DNA of 64,000 nucleotides. Origin: Dipteris shenzhenensis (lineage: Eukaryota). Positions 62,260-64,000 of the stretch are shown one piece after another (within the stretch, counting starts at the first letter, position 1; each line of letters starts with the position of its first letter). The stretch lies in the NCBI GenBank assembly GCA_047967505.1, contig CM106538.1; one strand, written 5' to 3'. The notes under the pieces were generated by a model that did no database searches, was not told where the DNA came from, and worked only from the letters and a program-made list of their open reading frames with translations. The translations under genes were made by a program, and so were the position numbers.

Positions 62260-64000
62260 CGTTTTATTAAAACCTCACAAAATATGAAGAGGGGAGAGAA
62301 GAAGAGTGGAGATGAGGAGAGAGGGCACACCACAAATGACTAATTGTACACTAGATTTAGTTGAAAATGTAGAATATGTACAAAAGCTTTTAGGGTTAGG
62401 GTTAGGGCATCTAATGCTTGTTAGTGCTATGCACATATGATCACATGATGTTGAGATGATCTCTCAACACCTTCCCTCAAGATCAACATCATGAGCCTTC
62501 CCTCAAGATGATGATTCTGGGGAATTAAAGAAGGACTGAGCATTACATTCCATCACACTCCTTTAATGGGAATGTCCTTCAACCAAGAGCTTGTCGGTAC
62601 TTCTCGAATAGCTCTTTACCAAGTGGTTTGGTAAAGATGTCTGTAACATTTTCTTTGCTATCGCAATGCTGCATTGTGATGTCACCAAGTAAAACTCTTT
62701 CTCTAATGAAGTGCTCTCTGACATCAATGTGCTTTGTCCTAGAGTGATATACTACATTCTTGGCCAATGCTTCAGCTAATTGATTATCACAATATATGGT
62801 TGTTGGCTTTGATTCGGCTTTGATTCGTCAAAGTAGTATGTTTCTGACAATAGTCTTCTAAGCCATATAGCCTCACATGCACCTGTACTAAGTGCTCTAT
62901 ATTCTTCTTTAGTCAAAGACAAAGAAATAGTTGGTTGTTTATTTGTTTACAACCATGATATAGCACCTTGACCAAGAAAAATGCATATCCCTGTGTCGAT
63001 CTCCTAGTCTCATGATCTCTGGCATAGTCACTATCACAATATCCATGCAACCTTGGATGACCTCCTCTGTATTCTATTCCAAACTATCTTGTACCTCTGA
63101 TGTATCTCAAGACTCTTTTGGCTACATTCGAGTGAGACTGTTTTGCATTTGCCATAAGCTATGGTAGTGAACTTACTGCATAACAAATATCTAGCCATGT
63201 GATAGTCATATATATAAAAGATTTGATGAGTTGCCGATAGTATCTGTCATTGATGGTAGGATTTTTTGAATCTTTTGTAAGTTTCAAGCTCTATTCCATG
63301 GGAGTGGCTGCAATCTTGCAATCTGCCATATGAAGCTTCTTTAGAGACTGTCAACATATTTTAACTGACTCATAAGGTGTTGTCTGAATCTCTCCAGAAC
63401 TCAATTCCAAGACAATAATTCATAAGTCCAAGATCTTTCATGTCGAACTTTGCGGGTGAGTCTTGTTTCAATTTCTTGATGAATCTATCCTTGCTTCCGG
63501 TCATAATCAGATCATCTACATAGAAAAGTGCAATAGTGATGTCTTCCCCTTGAACTTTGTAGTAGAGAGTATGATCTGCATTGGATATTATGTATCCCAG
63601 ATCAGCAAAATACTTGTCCATTCTGCTATACCAACTTCTGGGTGCTTGCTTTAAACCATAGAGACTTTTCTTGAGATGGCAAACCTCATTCTCTTTCTTG
63701 GTCAAACATAGCCCGCTGGTTGTTGCATGTAGACTTCCTTGTCTAGGTAACCATTGAGAAAAACATTTTTGACATCGAGCTGGTACACATTCCATCTGCT
63801 GAGTGTTGCTAGTGATATCAAGAACCATATGGAATCCATCTTTGCTCCTACTAGAGCATAAGTCTCATCATAATCTTGATCGTACTGCTATGCAAATCTT
63901 TTTGCAACTAGTCTGGCTTTGTATCTTTTAATGTTTCCATATGGATTGTACTTCACTTTGTATACCCATTTGTTTGCTATGGCCTTCTTTCCTGATGGAA
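62260..64000 (-). mobile_element. Ty1/Copia RT-RNaseH, PPT and 3' LTR (LTR ~62260-62469), abutting and apparently inserted into the LINE
   Basis: [58 protein letters not shown]. Minus strand ttgagggaagg (PPT) is followed by TGTTGAGAG (LTR start at 62469). Confidence 0.93.

Noticed and set aside
62391-62407. TTAGGG/CCCTAA telomere-like repeats (also ~32310 and ~34078)
   Set aside because: Only 2-3 units, located inside LTR-like sequence. Not an interstitial telomere array.

Overview
Repeat-rich eukaryotic plant DNA, most likely a fern or other seed-free plant (inferred from the PPR/DYW style and from CGA>TGA and CAG>TAG stop codons in the repeats). The only clearly intact host gene is a PLS-class PPR gene (28117-30477, minus). 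Its ORF stops after the E+ region, but a frameshifted, decayed DYW deaminase domain lies directly behind it. The rest is nested transposon debris: a Helitron-type PIF1 helicase plus endonuclease, an RPA-like OB-fold ORF, Gypsy gag, several Copia fragments, an L1-type LINE, LTR-like repeats and satellites. The most unusual feature is a module present twice in tandem (about 34.5-44.4 kb and 45.3-53.6 kb). Each copy has a minus-strand Mutator-like DDE transposase with a WRKY/GCM1-like Zn region, a spacer carrying palindromic repeat arrays, and a divergently oriented spliced gene with a ParB/Sulfiredoxin-like domain. In the more complete copy that gene ends in a beta-class N6A/N4C DNA-methyltransferase-like domain. 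Both copies are pseudogenised. All domain calls come from manual motif reading and need HMM or structure confirmation.
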